Shown: positions 44,741 through 56,934 of the stretch, piece by piece | Numbering within the stretch: position 1 is the first letter of the stretch | How the letters are laid out: each line of letters begins with the position of its first letter | The notes under the pieces: generated by a model | The model's input: only the letters and a program-made list of their open reading frames with translations | What the model was told of the DNA's origin: nothing | The model's database searches: none | Made by a program: the position numbers and the translations under genes | Source: Macrostomum lignano | Lineage: Eukaryota | Reading direction: 5' to 3' | NCBI GenBank assembly: GCA_002269645.1 | Contig: NIVC01001281.1 | Span: 102,101 to 166,100 of the forward strand | Length of the DNA stretch: 64,000 bases

Positions 44741-45229
44741 TCTTATCTACCTCTACTTCTTTTCCCTCTTCTTATATGCCCCTTCTTATCTCTTTCTTCT
44801 CACCCCATTTTTTTCTATTCAGTCATTAAACACTTCAAAATCTTTTCTTTGCGTGAAGTACGTACCTATCACAAGTAATTTAAAGAGATTTTTTGTTTTA
44901 AAACAATTATATTTCATAAAATACGTAGATTTAAAAGTATATTGAATTTGGTTCTTATTCTAAAGGGAGAAATTTCTATTTCGGCTACTATAAGTAGGAA
45001 GGTAAGAATCCAAAGCCATTCTATTTGTTTTTTTTTATGACTTCAACCAAGTTAGGGCGTCGGTCGTCTCGCATCCACAGAGCGTCGAGCTGCTTCTCGA
45101 GAGTCTCAGTCAGCGTCCAGGACTCGGCGTTGTACAGCACCGTTGAACACTACCGCGCATAAACAACGAGGCCAACCCTGGCGTACATGTCTGAAAGGAG
45201 TTATTGCACTAGCTGAGGGAAGTGTCGCA

Positions 45230-46012
45230 CTATCGTGCTGGGGGCGCTTGCTATCAGGGGGATACGTGCTATCGGGGGAATTTCTGAGATGTCAAAACTT
45301 ACTGGGGGGATTTCTGAGATGTCAAGACTTACTGGGGGGATTTCTGAGATGTCAAGACTTACTGGGGGGATTTCTGAGATGTCAAGACTTACTGGGGGGA
45401 TTTCTGAGATGTCAAGACTTACTGGGGGGATTTCTGAGATGTCAAGACTTACTGGGGGAATTGCTGAGATGTCAAGACTTACTGGGGGAATTGCTGAGAT
45501 GTCAAGAATTACTGGGGGAATTGCTGAGATGTCAAGACTTACTGGGGGATTTCTGAGATGTCAAGACTTACTGGGGGGATTTCTGAGATGTCAAGACTTA
45601 CTGGGGGGATTTCTGAGATGTCAAGAATTACTGGGGGAATTGCTGAGATGTCAAGACTTACTGGGGGAATTGCTGAGATGTCAAGACTTAATTTGGGGAA
45701 TTGCTGAGATGTCAAGACTTACTGGGGGAATTGCTGAGATGTCAAGACTTATTTGGGGAATTGCTGAGATGTCAAGACTTACTGGGGGAATTGCTAATAT
45801 GTCAAGGCTTACGGGGGGAATTGCTGAGATGTCAAGGCTTACGGGGGAATTGCTGAGATGTCAAGGCTTACGGGGGGAATTGCTGAGATGTCAAGGCTTA
45901 CGGGGGAATTGCTGAGATATAAAGGCAGAGGTCAGAAGCTACGTGTAGTTTATCAGTAAATTTTTTATTACATTCTTTGTTTTGCTCCCCAACGGGGGGC
46001 GTAGATTGCTAG
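45230..46012 (+). mobile_element. Non-autonomous Helitron (3' part) carrying a 30-bp VNTR
   Basis: GGGGGAATTGCTGAGATGTCAAGACTTACT, ~21 copies (45270-45915), then GCTCCCC-AAC-GGGGGGC-GTAGATTG-CTAG|T (CTAG 46009-46012). 5' end not identified. Confidence 0.75.
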
Positions 46013-46574
46013 TTGATCGTTTCTCACATTCTGGAATTTTCCAGAGATCACGTGAAAGCCTTACAAAATTTATATGCGTATTGAAAGTCCAGAAGTTCAA
46101 ATATGGTTCCCTTTCTGTTAGTGCTCAATCCGCTTACAGTCGATGCTGCTCTCTCAGTAAGCTTAGAAATGTAGCAGACACACAATGACATCATAGAAAG
46201 AGATTGAGCACACTGAGTAAACGCAGCGGTCCCCATGCATAGTCTTTTCCAATTCTTTACACATGAGTCCCTGGACTGGTGGCACTTGAGTCTCAATAGG
46301 AGCCCTTCAACTGGCTGGCTGGCTGGGTCCAGGGGCACTAGGCGAGGCCAAGGAGACCAGAGCCTGGAGTAACTGACTCTTCTTCACAACTCTCAGTTTA
46401 AGGTCCTACACCTTCGTTTATTTTTTACGAAGTAGATAGGCAAGTTTGGTGAAATTCAAATTTGTCAGCTTTGATCTCATTTTAAATCTGAATAAATTCT
46501 CCCTTAAGTCAGTTAAGCATCATCAAATTCAAAGCGCTAGTGAGTTGATGAGTTGATGAGTGAGTGAGTGAGTA

Positions 46575-47240
46575 AGTAAGTGCAGTGCGTTCATGAGTTC
46601 ATGAGGGAGTTCATGAGTGAGTTTATGAGTGAGTGAGTTCATGGGTGAGTTCATGAGTGAGTTCATGAGTTCATGAGTGAGGTCATTAGTGAGTTCATGG
46701 GTGAGTTCATGAGTGAGTTTATGAGTGAGTGAGTTCATGGGTGAGTTCATGAGTGAGTTCATGAGTTCATGAGTGAGGTCATTAGTGAGTTCATGGGTGA
46801 GTTCATGAGTGAGTTTATGAGTGAGTGAGTTCATGGGTGAGTTCATGAGTGAGTTCATGAGTTCATGAGTGAGGTCATTAGTGAGTTCATGAGTTCATGA
46901 GTGAGGTCATTAGTGAGTTCATGGGTGAGTTCATGAGTGAGTTTATGAGTGAGTGAGTTCATGGGTGAGTTCATGAATGAGTTCATGAGTTCATGAGTGA
47001 GATCATTAGTGAGTTCATGAGTGAGTTTATGAGTGAGTGAGTTCATGGGTGAGTTCATGAATGAGTTCATGAGTTCATGAGTGAGATCATTAGTGAGTTC
47101 ATGAGTTCACGAGTGAGGTCATTAGTGAGTTCATGGGTGAGTTCATGAGTGAGTTCATGAGTGAGTTCATGAGTGAGTTCATGAATGAGTTCATGAGTGA
47201 GTTCATGAGTGAATGGGTGAGTGAGTGAGGAAGTGAGTGA
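46575..47240. repeat. GAGTTCATGAGT-based 12-bp array with higher-order blocks
   Basis: Repeated GAGTTCATG(A/G)GT with larger duplicated blocks. Confidence 0.92.
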
Positions 47241-47712
47241 GTGAGCGTGAGTGTATCTGTTATAACTTGCATATATATGATATCTAGGACTTTGGCAGAG
47301 TTTCTACTCCAGATTCTAGGTCAAGGTGTCCATGAGCCATCCCTTCGCCACCTCCTATAATATAGCACTCAAAATTGAATACCCGTTTTTTGAAGTGTCT
47401 GTCGGAGATACTTAAAGACACACACACAGAGGGAGAGAGAGAGAAGAGCTGCGATTCCACCGGGAGCCGGGCCGATTGGTCGATAAATGAGGGGGGACGC
47501 GGCGGCTGTTTGAGCACACAATGAGTCGTTTATAAAAAAACCTATGCTGAAACTTAAGCAGCCCCGAGAGTTTAGAATTGAGAAAATATTGAGAAAAAGG
47601 CAAGTAAAGAAACTGTTCCCCTCCTCATTGGGGATAAATTATTGAGCAAGCGGCAGAGAGCCGGTCTAAGAAAAACTCCCCTCCAAGGGCAACTTCTTGG
47701 GCAAGGGCAAAA

Positions 47713-48363
47713 ATGGACCCAGCCGATTTCTCCTTGGAGTCTTTGGCGACTCCACAAGCGAAGAACTTCCTGCACAAGCGGCCTAAGAAGACTCGAGCGC
47801 GGCCAGGAACTTCGCCGTCAGTTCCCGCCATCCAGATGCAGCAGCAGCCGCAGCCTCTCCGCACTCGCGAATGTGCTCTACACCGCTGCAGTCTGGCACA
47901 GTTCCAAGTGCAGCAGCAACAGCAAAAGCAGCATTGCCAACAGACTGAAAATGTTCTGCAGCCGATTGAGGCCCTAAAGAGGCTTCAGAACCGAGGCCTT
48001 GACCTGCGACAGAAGGCTCGGGAGCTTCGATTTCGACACGTCGACTACAGCGGCTGGCAGCGCGAGCCGTCTCGACTATCGCCGACTCCGGCTGGCAGTT
48101 TCAACTCCGAGCTGCAGCCGCCAGAGCAACGGCAGAAGCCGCCTCAACTGCGAGTGCTCGTTCGCTGCAGAACTGCCTGCAAAACCTGCTTCGTGCCGCT
48201 GCTGAGAGAGCCAAGGCCGCAGCCGCAGGCGCCGGCGCAGCCGCAGCAGCAGCCGGAAACTGCCCGTTGCTATGACAACGAGGCCAGGGTCAGATCAATT
48301 CGACAACCTTTTCCGCTGCCAACTTGCCTGGCGTATGGCGTGGAGTCCGCCACGCGGAGATGA
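47713..48363 (+). CDS. Hypothetical 216-aa Q/P-rich protein, single exon
   Basis: ATG in good context (AAAATGG); GC-rich ORF; TATA-like elements at ~47355 and ~47530; no recognised domain. Confidence 0.42.
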   Translation: MDPADFSLESLATPQAKNFLHKRPKKTRARPGTSPSVPAIQMQQQPQPLRTRECALHRCSLAQFQVQQQQQKQHCQQTENVLQPIEALKRLQNRGLDLRQKARELRFRHVDYSGWQREPSRLSPTPAGSFNSELQPPEQRQKPPQLRVLVRCRTACKTCFVPLLREPRPQPQAPAQPQQQPETARCYDNEARVRSIRQPFPLPTCLAYGVESATRR

Positions 48364-48669
48364 CTGTTGCTATGCAAATTTGGTGCTCTTAGAACAATTT
48401 TATTCATCCAATATATATTATGTATTTTTTCACAAAATGCTACTCTAAGTAGCGCATTAGCGTATACTGAAGTAAAATTGCGTTTCTGTTAACTTTTGCT
48501 GTTAAATCTCCCTGATAACTTAACCAATTTTAAATAACTTGTTTAAAGAGATCAGTGTTTGGAGGATGCTTGATGTTGCTGAAGTGCACTGGGTTAGGTA
48601 TTGCAATTTCGCTGAAGTTAGGGCAAGCAGAGGGGATAGATGAGTAAATGGTTGGATGAACAATCAACT

Positions 48670-49055
48670 CATGAGTCAGTTGATGAGCGAGTTCATGTGG
48701 AAGTTCATGAGGGAGTTCATGAGGGAGTTCATGAGTGAGTTCATGATGAAGTTCATGAGGGAGTTCATGAGGGAGTTCATGAGGGAGTTCATGAGGGAGT
48801 TCATGAGGGAGTTCATGAGGGAGTTCATGAGTGAGTTCATGAGGGAGTTCATGAGGGAGTTCATGAGGGAGTTCATGAGGGAGTTCATGATGAAGTTCAT
48901 GAGGGAGTTCATGAGGGAGTTCATGATGAAGTTCATGAGGGAGTTCATGAGTGAGTTCATGAGGGAGTTCATGAGGGAGTTCATGAGGGAGTTCATGAGG
49001 GAGTTCATGAGTGAGTTCATGTGTAAGTTCATGAGGGAGTTCATGATGAAGTTCA
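48670..49055. repeat. GAGTTCATGAGG 12-bp array
   Basis: About 30 copies; same family as 46575-47240. Confidence 0.95.
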
Positions 49056-49504
49056 TATGTGAATCACTTAAGTGTTTGTAAGTTTCTATACTTTTTTATC
49101 CTTCAAGCGAGTTGTAATCTACATGCCTGCTGAGTCAGACAGCCAACGAATCAGGTCACGCCCTGATGCAATTCAGCAGAATGCGATGGCGATCTTTGCT
49201 TCGCCGGCTCTGCTCACGCATGCATTTATGACCGCAAAGGTGCCGTGCAGTCTTGACCAGCTTCTTAATTATTAATTGATGCCGCCAAAAATGCCGCCAC
49301 TGAAAATCCCGTTGTTAGGCACTAAAATTAGTGACTCACCCACGACACTGCGCGATGGCCTGTGGGCGCGACTGGCAGACATAGGTTCCTGGTTTGGTGA
49401 GTCGGCTGCAGCTGATGAGAGTGCTGCAGTTCGATTCGTGAGTTTTTGGGAGAATCAACATTGACTCAGATACGATGCCATGACAGTTTTAGAATTTGGG
49501 CTCG

Positions 49505-52205
49505 TGAGTTGATAATCTTGGGGATTGTTAATCTTGGGGATTGTGAATATTGGGGATTGTGAATCTTGGGGATTGAGAATACTGGGGATTGTGAATCTTG
49601 GGGATTGTGAATATAAGGGATTGTGAATCTTGGGGATTGAGAATATTGGGAATTGTGAATCTTAGGGATTGAGAATATTGGGGATTGTGAATCTTGGGGA
49701 TTGTGAATCTTGGGGATTATGAATCTTGGGGATTGTTAATCTTGGGGATTGTGAATCTTGGGGATTGAGAATATTGGGGATTGTGAATCTTGGGGATTGT
49801 TAATCTTGGGGATTGAGAATATTGGGGATTGTGAATCTTGGGGATTGTGAATCTTGGGAATTGAGAATCTTGAGGATTGTATGTCTTGGGGATTGAGAAA
49901 CTTTGGGATTTTGAATCTTGGGGATTGTGAATCTTGGGGATTGTGAATCTTGGGGATTGTGAATCTTGGGGATTGTGAATCTTGGGGATTGTGAATCTTG
50001 GGAATTGAGAATCTTGAGGATTGTATGTCTTGGGGATTGAGAAACTTTGGGATTTTGAATCTTGGGGATTGTGAATCTTGGGGATTGTGAATCTTGGGAA
50101 TTGAGAATCTTGAGGATTGTATGTCTTGGGGATTGAGAAACTTTGGGATTGTTAATCTTGGGGATTGAGAATATTGGGGATTGTGAATCTTGGGGATTGT
50201 GAATCTTGGGGATTGTGAATCTTGGGGATTGATAATATTGGGGATTGTGAATCTTGGGGATTGTGAATCTTGGGGATTGAGAATCTTGGGGATTGAGAAT
50301 ATTGGGGATTGTGAATCTTGGGGATTGAGAGTATTGGGGATTGAGAATCTTGGGGATTGTGAATATTGGGGATTGTGAATCTTGGGGATTGAGAATATTG
50401 GGGATTGTGAATCTTGGGGATTGTGAATCTTGGGGATTGTGAATCTTGGGGATTGAGAATCTTGGGGATTGTGAATCTTGGGGATTGAGAATCTTGGGGA
50501 TTGTGAATCTTGGGGATTGTGAATCTTGGGGATTGTGAATCTTTGGGATTGAGAATATAAGGGATTGTGAATCTTGGGGATTGTGAATCTTGGGGATTGT
50601 GAATCTTAGGGATTGAGAATATTGGGGATTGTGAATCTTGGGGATTGAGAATATTGGGGATTGTGAATCTTGGGGATTGTTAATCTTGGGGATTGAGAAT
50701 ATTGGGGATTGTGAATCTTGGGGATTGTGAATCTTGGGGATTATGAATCTTGGGGATTGTTAATCTTGGGGATTGTGAATCTTGGGGATTGAGAATATTG
50801 GGGATTGTGAATCTTGGGGATTGTTAATCTTGGGGATTGAGAATATTGGGGATTGTGAATCTTGGGGATTGTGAATCTTGGGAATTGAGAATCTTGAGGA
50901 TTATATGTCTTGGGGATTGAGAAACTTTGGGATTTTGAATCTTGGGGATTGTGAATCTTGGGGATTGTGAATCTTGGGGATTGTGAATCTTAGGGATTGA
51001 GAGTATTGGGGATTGAGAATCTTGGGGATTGTGAATATTGGGGATTGTGAATCTTGGGGATTGAGAATATTGGGGATTGTGAATCTTGGGGATTGTGAAT
51101 CTTGGGGATTGTGAATCTTGGGGATTGAGAATCTTGGGGATTGTGAATCTTGGGGATTGAGAATCTTGGGGATTGTGAATCTTGGGGATTGTTAATCTTG
51201 GGGATTGTGAATCTTTGGGATTGAGAATATAAGGGATTGTGAATCTTGGGGATTGTGAATATTGGGGATTGTGAATCTTGGGGATTGAGAATATTGGGGA
51301 TTGTGAATCTTGGGGATTGTGAATCTTGGGGATTGTGAATCTTGGGGATTGAGAATCTTGGGGATTGTGAATCTTGGGGATTGTGAATCTTTGGGATTGT
51401 GAATCTTGGGGATTGTATGTCTTAGGGATTGAGAATCTTGGGAATTGAGAATCTTGAGGATTGTATGTCTTGGGGATTGAGAAACTTTGGGATTTTGAAT
51501 CTTGGGGATTGAGAATATTGGGGATTGTGAATCTTGGGGATTGTGAATCTTGGGGATTGTGAATCTTTGGGATTGTGAATCTTGGGGATTGTATGTCTTA
51601 GGGATTGAGAATCTTGGGAATTGAGAATCTTGAGGATTGTATGTCTTGGGGATTGAGAAACTTTGGGATTTTGAATCTTGGGGATTGAGAATATTGGGGA
51701 TTGTGAATCTTGGGGATTGTGAATCTTGGGGATTGTGAATCTTGAGGATTGTGAATCTTGGGGATTGAGAATATTGGGGATTTTGAATCTTGGGGATTGT
51801 GAATCTTGGGGATTGTGAATCTTGGGGATTGTGAATCTTGGGGATTGTGAATCTTTGGGATTGTGAATCTTGGGGATTGTATGTCTTGGGGATTGAGAAT
51901 CTTGGGAATTGAGAATCTTGAGGATTGTATGTCTTGGGGATTGAGAAACTTTGGGATTTTGAATCTTGGGGATTGAGAATATTGGGGATTGTTAATCTTG
52001 GGGATTGTGAATCTTGAGGATTGTGAATCTTGGGGATTGTGAAGATTGGGGATTGTGGATCTTGGGGATTGTGAAGATTGGGGATTGCGAATCTTTGGGA
52101 TTGTGAATCTTGAGGATTGTGAATCTTGGGGATTGTGAAGATTGGGGATTGTGGATCTTGGGGATTGTGAAGATTGGGGATTGCGAATCTTGGGGATTGT
52201 GAATT
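49505..52205. repeat. Satellite/minisatellite, 16-bp unit, ~2.7 kb
   Basis: GGGGATTGTGAATCTT with GAGAATATT and GTATGTCTT variants arranged in higher-order blocks. Confidence 0.97.
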
Positions 52206-54099
52206 TTGAGGATTTTGAAGACTGATCTGCTGACTTGCGCTGGAAAATGTACAATCGAGGTTGCAAGTTGAATTTATAGAATAGAAGGTGAGTTATAGTG
52301 AAACTCGTTCTGGAAAGCGAAAACTTTCCGTCTATCTAATCCAGAACATTTCCACAAAAACCGTCCTTCGCCCTTCTAAATGTTAGCAGTCCATGTCAGA
52401 AAGCTCCTTGAGCTGTCCCTGTCCCTCCCCTGCCAGACTGTCCCATCTCGCAATAAAATTTCCTATAGCCACCCAATCAGCATTGCTTGGGCCATGCGGA
52501 GTCATCGCTCTGTCTATAATAGGCACAGAATTCAGCTTATGAGTATAGTGGCATTTCGGCTCTCTGCTAGTGAATAATAATTGCTATTTGGTGGCCGTGC
52601 AGCAATCGTCCTTGTTGGCGTCGTCGCAATCAGCTCCGGAACTGCTTCGGTGAGTGAGCCATTGAGTCGTTTACTTAGAAAGCAATGCCTTTGTAATAAT
52701 CCGATTGCTTAATTCCTCTGAGTGCAGATTAGCTATTTGCCCTTGCTGACAGCTCTCTGTCTGACTCTGTACTTGACTGACTGCAGTGGAGCAAACAAAA
52801 GAGGCGCTCAGGCAGACAGTCACAACAAGAGAGGCCCCTCCAGGCCTCTCTTACCCGCTGGCAGCGTTCTGAATGCAGTGCTTTTGTTCCTGCCTGGCAG
52901 CTATGCTGTACACTCGTGGCAGGGAAAATGTCTCTATTTCTGGGGATCTCAACGGCGGATCCGGCCGGGACAAAAACAATGACGAATTTGTTTATTAACA
53001 ACCATTGCTTTTCAAACACGGAAGAGACGGAAGTTCCAGCGCAGAATGATTCGTTAACAATGGGTGTTTGTACTTTTGGATAAAATAGATAAAATCACGT
53101 GATCTGTGAAGAAGATTTCAAACAAAAATTTTGGAGCAAATACAAAAATTAGGCACTTATACTTAACTATAAATAAAAAAACTAGAGATATAATTAACAA
53201 AATATGAAGCTTCACAAAGTACAATAGAAAAAATAGAAAAAAAAGACTAGAAAATTAACTTTTTTAAAACATTTTTTCTGTTAAAAACTAGAAATATAAC
53301 AATATAAAAATAAAGAATATAAATCTATCAAAATAAAATAAAAATAGGAAATATAACAAAAAATTAGAACTGTGAGAAAAAAAACGAGAAATTTAACAAC
53401 ACATCTGCCTTAAGATTTTTCTGTTTAAAAAACCTCCAGTTTATTAAGCTACTCCAGCCAGCCAGATCAATGGGTCACTTTAATTGATTTCATCGCTCTA
53501 AAAGCGCAAAGCTTCAAACTACATTACGCTATAATATTGTTTATCTTTATTCATAAAACAAGCCAGAAATTTCTACCTTGTTAAAAATCATTAAATTAGT
53601 AAAACTGGCATATTTTGGTAAAGCAAGAAGCCTATAAAGAAACCTTAATTAGTCCCCTTGCCAGGGCCCGTGACAAGGAGTTAGGTGTGAAAGTTTAATG
53701 AGGCCTGTCTTCTCTCTTGTCGTCACTTCTATTTCTCTTCCCTGCACTCGCAACACGCTTCGCAACTCCGATGAGGCTCAAGAGAGGCTGAGAAGGCGTT
53801 TGCAGGCTGCAGGCGATCCTTCAAGAGTGAGCCAGCGAGAGAAAGAAACGGCATTACGACGCGACAAGCAATTTTGTAACTCTAATTGAGAACCACTTTC
53901 TCTCCGTATAAGTCCTTTCCCTCAACTGCACTCTGGCCAGACCAGACGGGGTCTGGGGGGTGTCTTGGCGCCACTCTCTACCCAGTGAGACCAGCCTGCA
54001 GTGACTCTAAACAGCTGTACGCAGCCACAATAGCCAATAGTTTGTCTTGTCAATCACACTCGCTCGCACTACCCGCTTCACCCCCTACCGACTCTTGTG

Positions 54100-54102
<3 letters not shown>

Positions 54103-54178
<76 letters not shown>
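54103..54178. repeat. (CT)n microsatellite upstream of the RING gene
   Basis: About 37 CT units. Confidence 0.98.
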
Positions 54179-54181
<3 letters not shown>

Positions 54182-54323
54182 AAATAGTGCGCCATGTTGT
54201 ATCTCTTGTTCGCTCTGACAAGAAAGTCACGTTTCGTATCCCTCACTCGCCCACTCGATTGCTCACTCTAGAATCAGCGCTCCGCAAAAGTTATCGGACA
54301 AAAACTTTGTCGGAACAAGAATC

Positions 54324-55379
54324 ATGGACTCTACCGAATTTGAGCAGTCGCTGTTTCTCACCGATTTGGACGACAACCTGCTGTGCAGCATCTGCGCCGC
54401 CGTGCTCGACTGTCCAGTGCTGACACCCTGCGGCCACGCCTTCTGCCGGGCCTGCCTCAGCGCCTGGCTGACTGGCAGCGCCTCCTGCCCGCACTGCCGC
54501 TCTCTCGTGCTGCCCGGCGACGCCCGGCCGATCCTCTGCCTCCGCGGCCTCATCGGCGGCCTGCCGGTCCGCTGTCCGAACTTCGCCCGCGGCTGCCAGC
54601 ACACCGGCCGGCTGGACGGCCTTGAGCAGCATCGAGCCGCCTGCTCGTTCGCGGCGTCGACTGACGACGACGACGATGATGTCGACGACAATTCTGATTC
54701 GACGGATTCGGTGACTGGCGCCGAGCAGCCCCTTGCGATGGAGCGGGCCGTCCAGACGGAGGAGCCGCCACCACCGCAGGCGTCGCAGCAACCTTCGCAG
54801 CAGCCGCACCCGATGATGGCGTCAGGTGGCCGGGCCAGCCTGCGGGCGGATCTTGCCCGCCTGCAGTGGGAGCTGACCGTCGCTAGGCGGGACGCAGCAG
54901 CAGCAGAAGCTCGAGCCCGGGCCCTCGACCGGGAGCTGAAGATCAGTCGCTCGGAGCTCGAGCAGCAGCGTCGACATTCAGCCTCAGCCGCTGCCGCCGC
55001 TGTCGCTGCCGCCTCCAGCGCAGCGCCGCAGGCGGAGTTCGATCTGGACTATGAATACGGCTTTGCCCCGCAGTCCATCGCCCGCCTGTCGCAGTTCATC
55101 GCCCGCCACCTGCGCCGCCGGCCACATTACGTCAGCGCCGAGCGGGCATTCAACTCGGTGAAGCGTTGCTATGACAACTACGCCAGAGGCAATCCGAGTT
55201 CCGAGTACCTCGCCGAGGTGCATATGCTGGTTGCCACGGCCAACGCCAGCGACTGGTTCTCGGATAGCCAGCGGATCACCTTGCAGTTGTGGCTGCAGTC
55301 TCTTGGCCGGCACCACAAGAGCGCCAGCACTGGCACCGGGGCGGGCGGCAGCGGGAACTATCGCTACTATGTGTTCTGA
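54324..55379 (+). CDS. RING-HC + TRAF-type zinc-finger E3 ubiquitin ligase (RNF151/NRDP1-like N-terminus), 351 aa, intronless
   Basis: LDDNLLCSICAAVLDCPVLTPCGHAFCRACLSAWL...CPHCR (C3HC4); VRCPNFARGC...LEQHRAAC (TRAF ZnF); coiled coil LRADLARLQWEL...ELEQQRR; helical C-terminal domain. Confidence 0.9.
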   Translation: MDSTEFEQSLFLTDLDDNLLCSICAAVLDCPVLTPCGHAFCRACLSAWLTGSASCPHCRSLVLPGDARPILCLRGLIGGLPVRCPNFARGCQHTGRLDGLEQHRAACSFAASTDDDDDDVDDNSDSTDSVTGAEQPLAMERAVQTEEPPPPQASQQPSQQPHPMMASGGRASLRADLARLQWELTVARRDAAAAEARARALDRELKISRSELEQQRRHSASAAAAAVAAASSAAPQAEFDLDYEYGFAPQSIARLSQFIARHLRRRPHYVSAERAFNSVKRCYDNYARGNPSSEYLAEVHMLVATANASDWFSDSQRITLQLWLQSLGRHHKSASTGTGAGGSGNYRYYVF

Positions 55380-55901
55380 TGCACTGGGACAGCGGGAACT
55401 ATCGCTACTATGTGTTCTGATGCACTGGGACAGCGGGAACTATCGCTACTATGTGTTCTGATGCACTGGGACAGCGGGAACTATCGCTACTATGTGTTCT
55501 GATGCACTGGGACAGCGGGAACTATCGCTACTATGTGTTCTGATGCACTGGGACAGCGGGAACTATCGCTACTATGTGTTCTGATGCACTGGGACAGCGG
55601 GAACTATCGCTACTATGTGTTCTGATGCACTGGGACAGCGGGAACTATCGCTACTATGTGTTCTGATGCACTGGGACAGCGGGAACTATCGCTACTATGT
55701 GTTCTGATGCACTGGGACAGCGGGAACTATTGCTACTATGTGTTCTGATGCACTGGGACAGCGGGAACTATCGCTACTATGTGTTCTGATGCACTGGGAC
55801 AGCGGGAACTATTGCTAATATGTGTTCTGATGCACTGGGACAGCGGGAACTATCGCTAATATGTGTTCTGATGCACTGGGACAGCGGGAACTATTGCTAC
55901 T
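55349..55901 (+). repeat. 41-bp tandem repeat, 13 full copies plus a partial, beginning inside the RING CDS and containing its stop codon
   Basis: CAGCGGGAACTATCGCTACTATGTGTTCTGATGCACTGGGA; starts at 55349, 55390 ... 55882. Confidence 0.97.
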
Positions 55902-56624
55902 AAGATTCAGTCCTATAAATTAAGGAAAATTCTGGGTTTCTGATTATCAATCTTACCATTATGACAACATATTTGCTGTTAACTTATGACTTGAACAAGT
56001 TTTTTGGTTTTTAGTTTCGAGCTCCTGCAAAGTTGAAGTTTTGTTCGGAGCAACTGCTTTTATTAAAACACTATTAAAGCAATCATATTGCTACTATTTT
56101 GATTTTCACTTGTTAGTAATTTTCGAATTTCGAAATTATTGAAAGCTTAACTTTTTAATGCTCTCTGTACTTTTATACTGGTAGCAAGCCAATTAATTAA
56201 TGAAACTTTAGCATGCTTCGGAGGCAGCATTAACATAATGAAGTGTATTTGACTTGTAAGCCACTGTATAAAATTATTGCGCTTAAACAAATATGTGATT
56301 TGAATAAATATAAATTTATTGGTGCGTTAATGTTGATTTTTATAATTTTTATAATTATGAATAGCAAAATATTCACTAAACGACTGCTAAAATAATAACA
56401 GAACTCTGATAAATTAACTTGTATCAACATTTTGACCCTACTGATATTGTAAAACGTTTTTTGTAATGCTTCAAAAAATTACTGACTAAAAGTATCATCA
56501 GAGTACTATGAGTAGCCTATAAAGATTGTCGCGATTTGCCACTAGCGGAATTTTCAGAATAAATATAAAAACTTTCATAACTTTACATGTCTAAGTTCTG
56601 GTTCAAGCCAGATTTCAATACTTC

Positions 56625-56905
56625 TACCCATCTATCCTCAGCTTCCAATCCATCGGCATCAGATTCCAATCCATCTATCCTCAGCTTCCAATCCATCGGC
56701 ATCAGATTCCAATCCATCTATCCTCAGCTTCCAATCCATCGGCATCAGATTCCAATCCATCTATCCTCAGCTTCCAATCCATCACCCTCAGATTCCAATC
56801 CACCACCCTCAGATTCCAATCCATCACCCTCAGATTCCAATCCATCACCCTCAGATTCCAATCCACCACCCTCAGATTCCAATCCATCGCTATCAGATTC
56901 TAATC
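56625..56905. repeat. Minisatellite, 21-bp core
   Basis: CAGATTCCAATCCATCACCCT and related units. Confidence 0.88.
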
Positions 56906-56934
56906 CTTCATCTCCAGCTTCTTCAGCAGCTTCT

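Noticed and set aside
52722-52982. Neuropeptide-precursor-like ORF (hydrophobic N-terminus, two KR sites)
   Set aside because: GTG start, no amidation or repeated peptide pattern, and no convincing ATG-bearing upstream exon.
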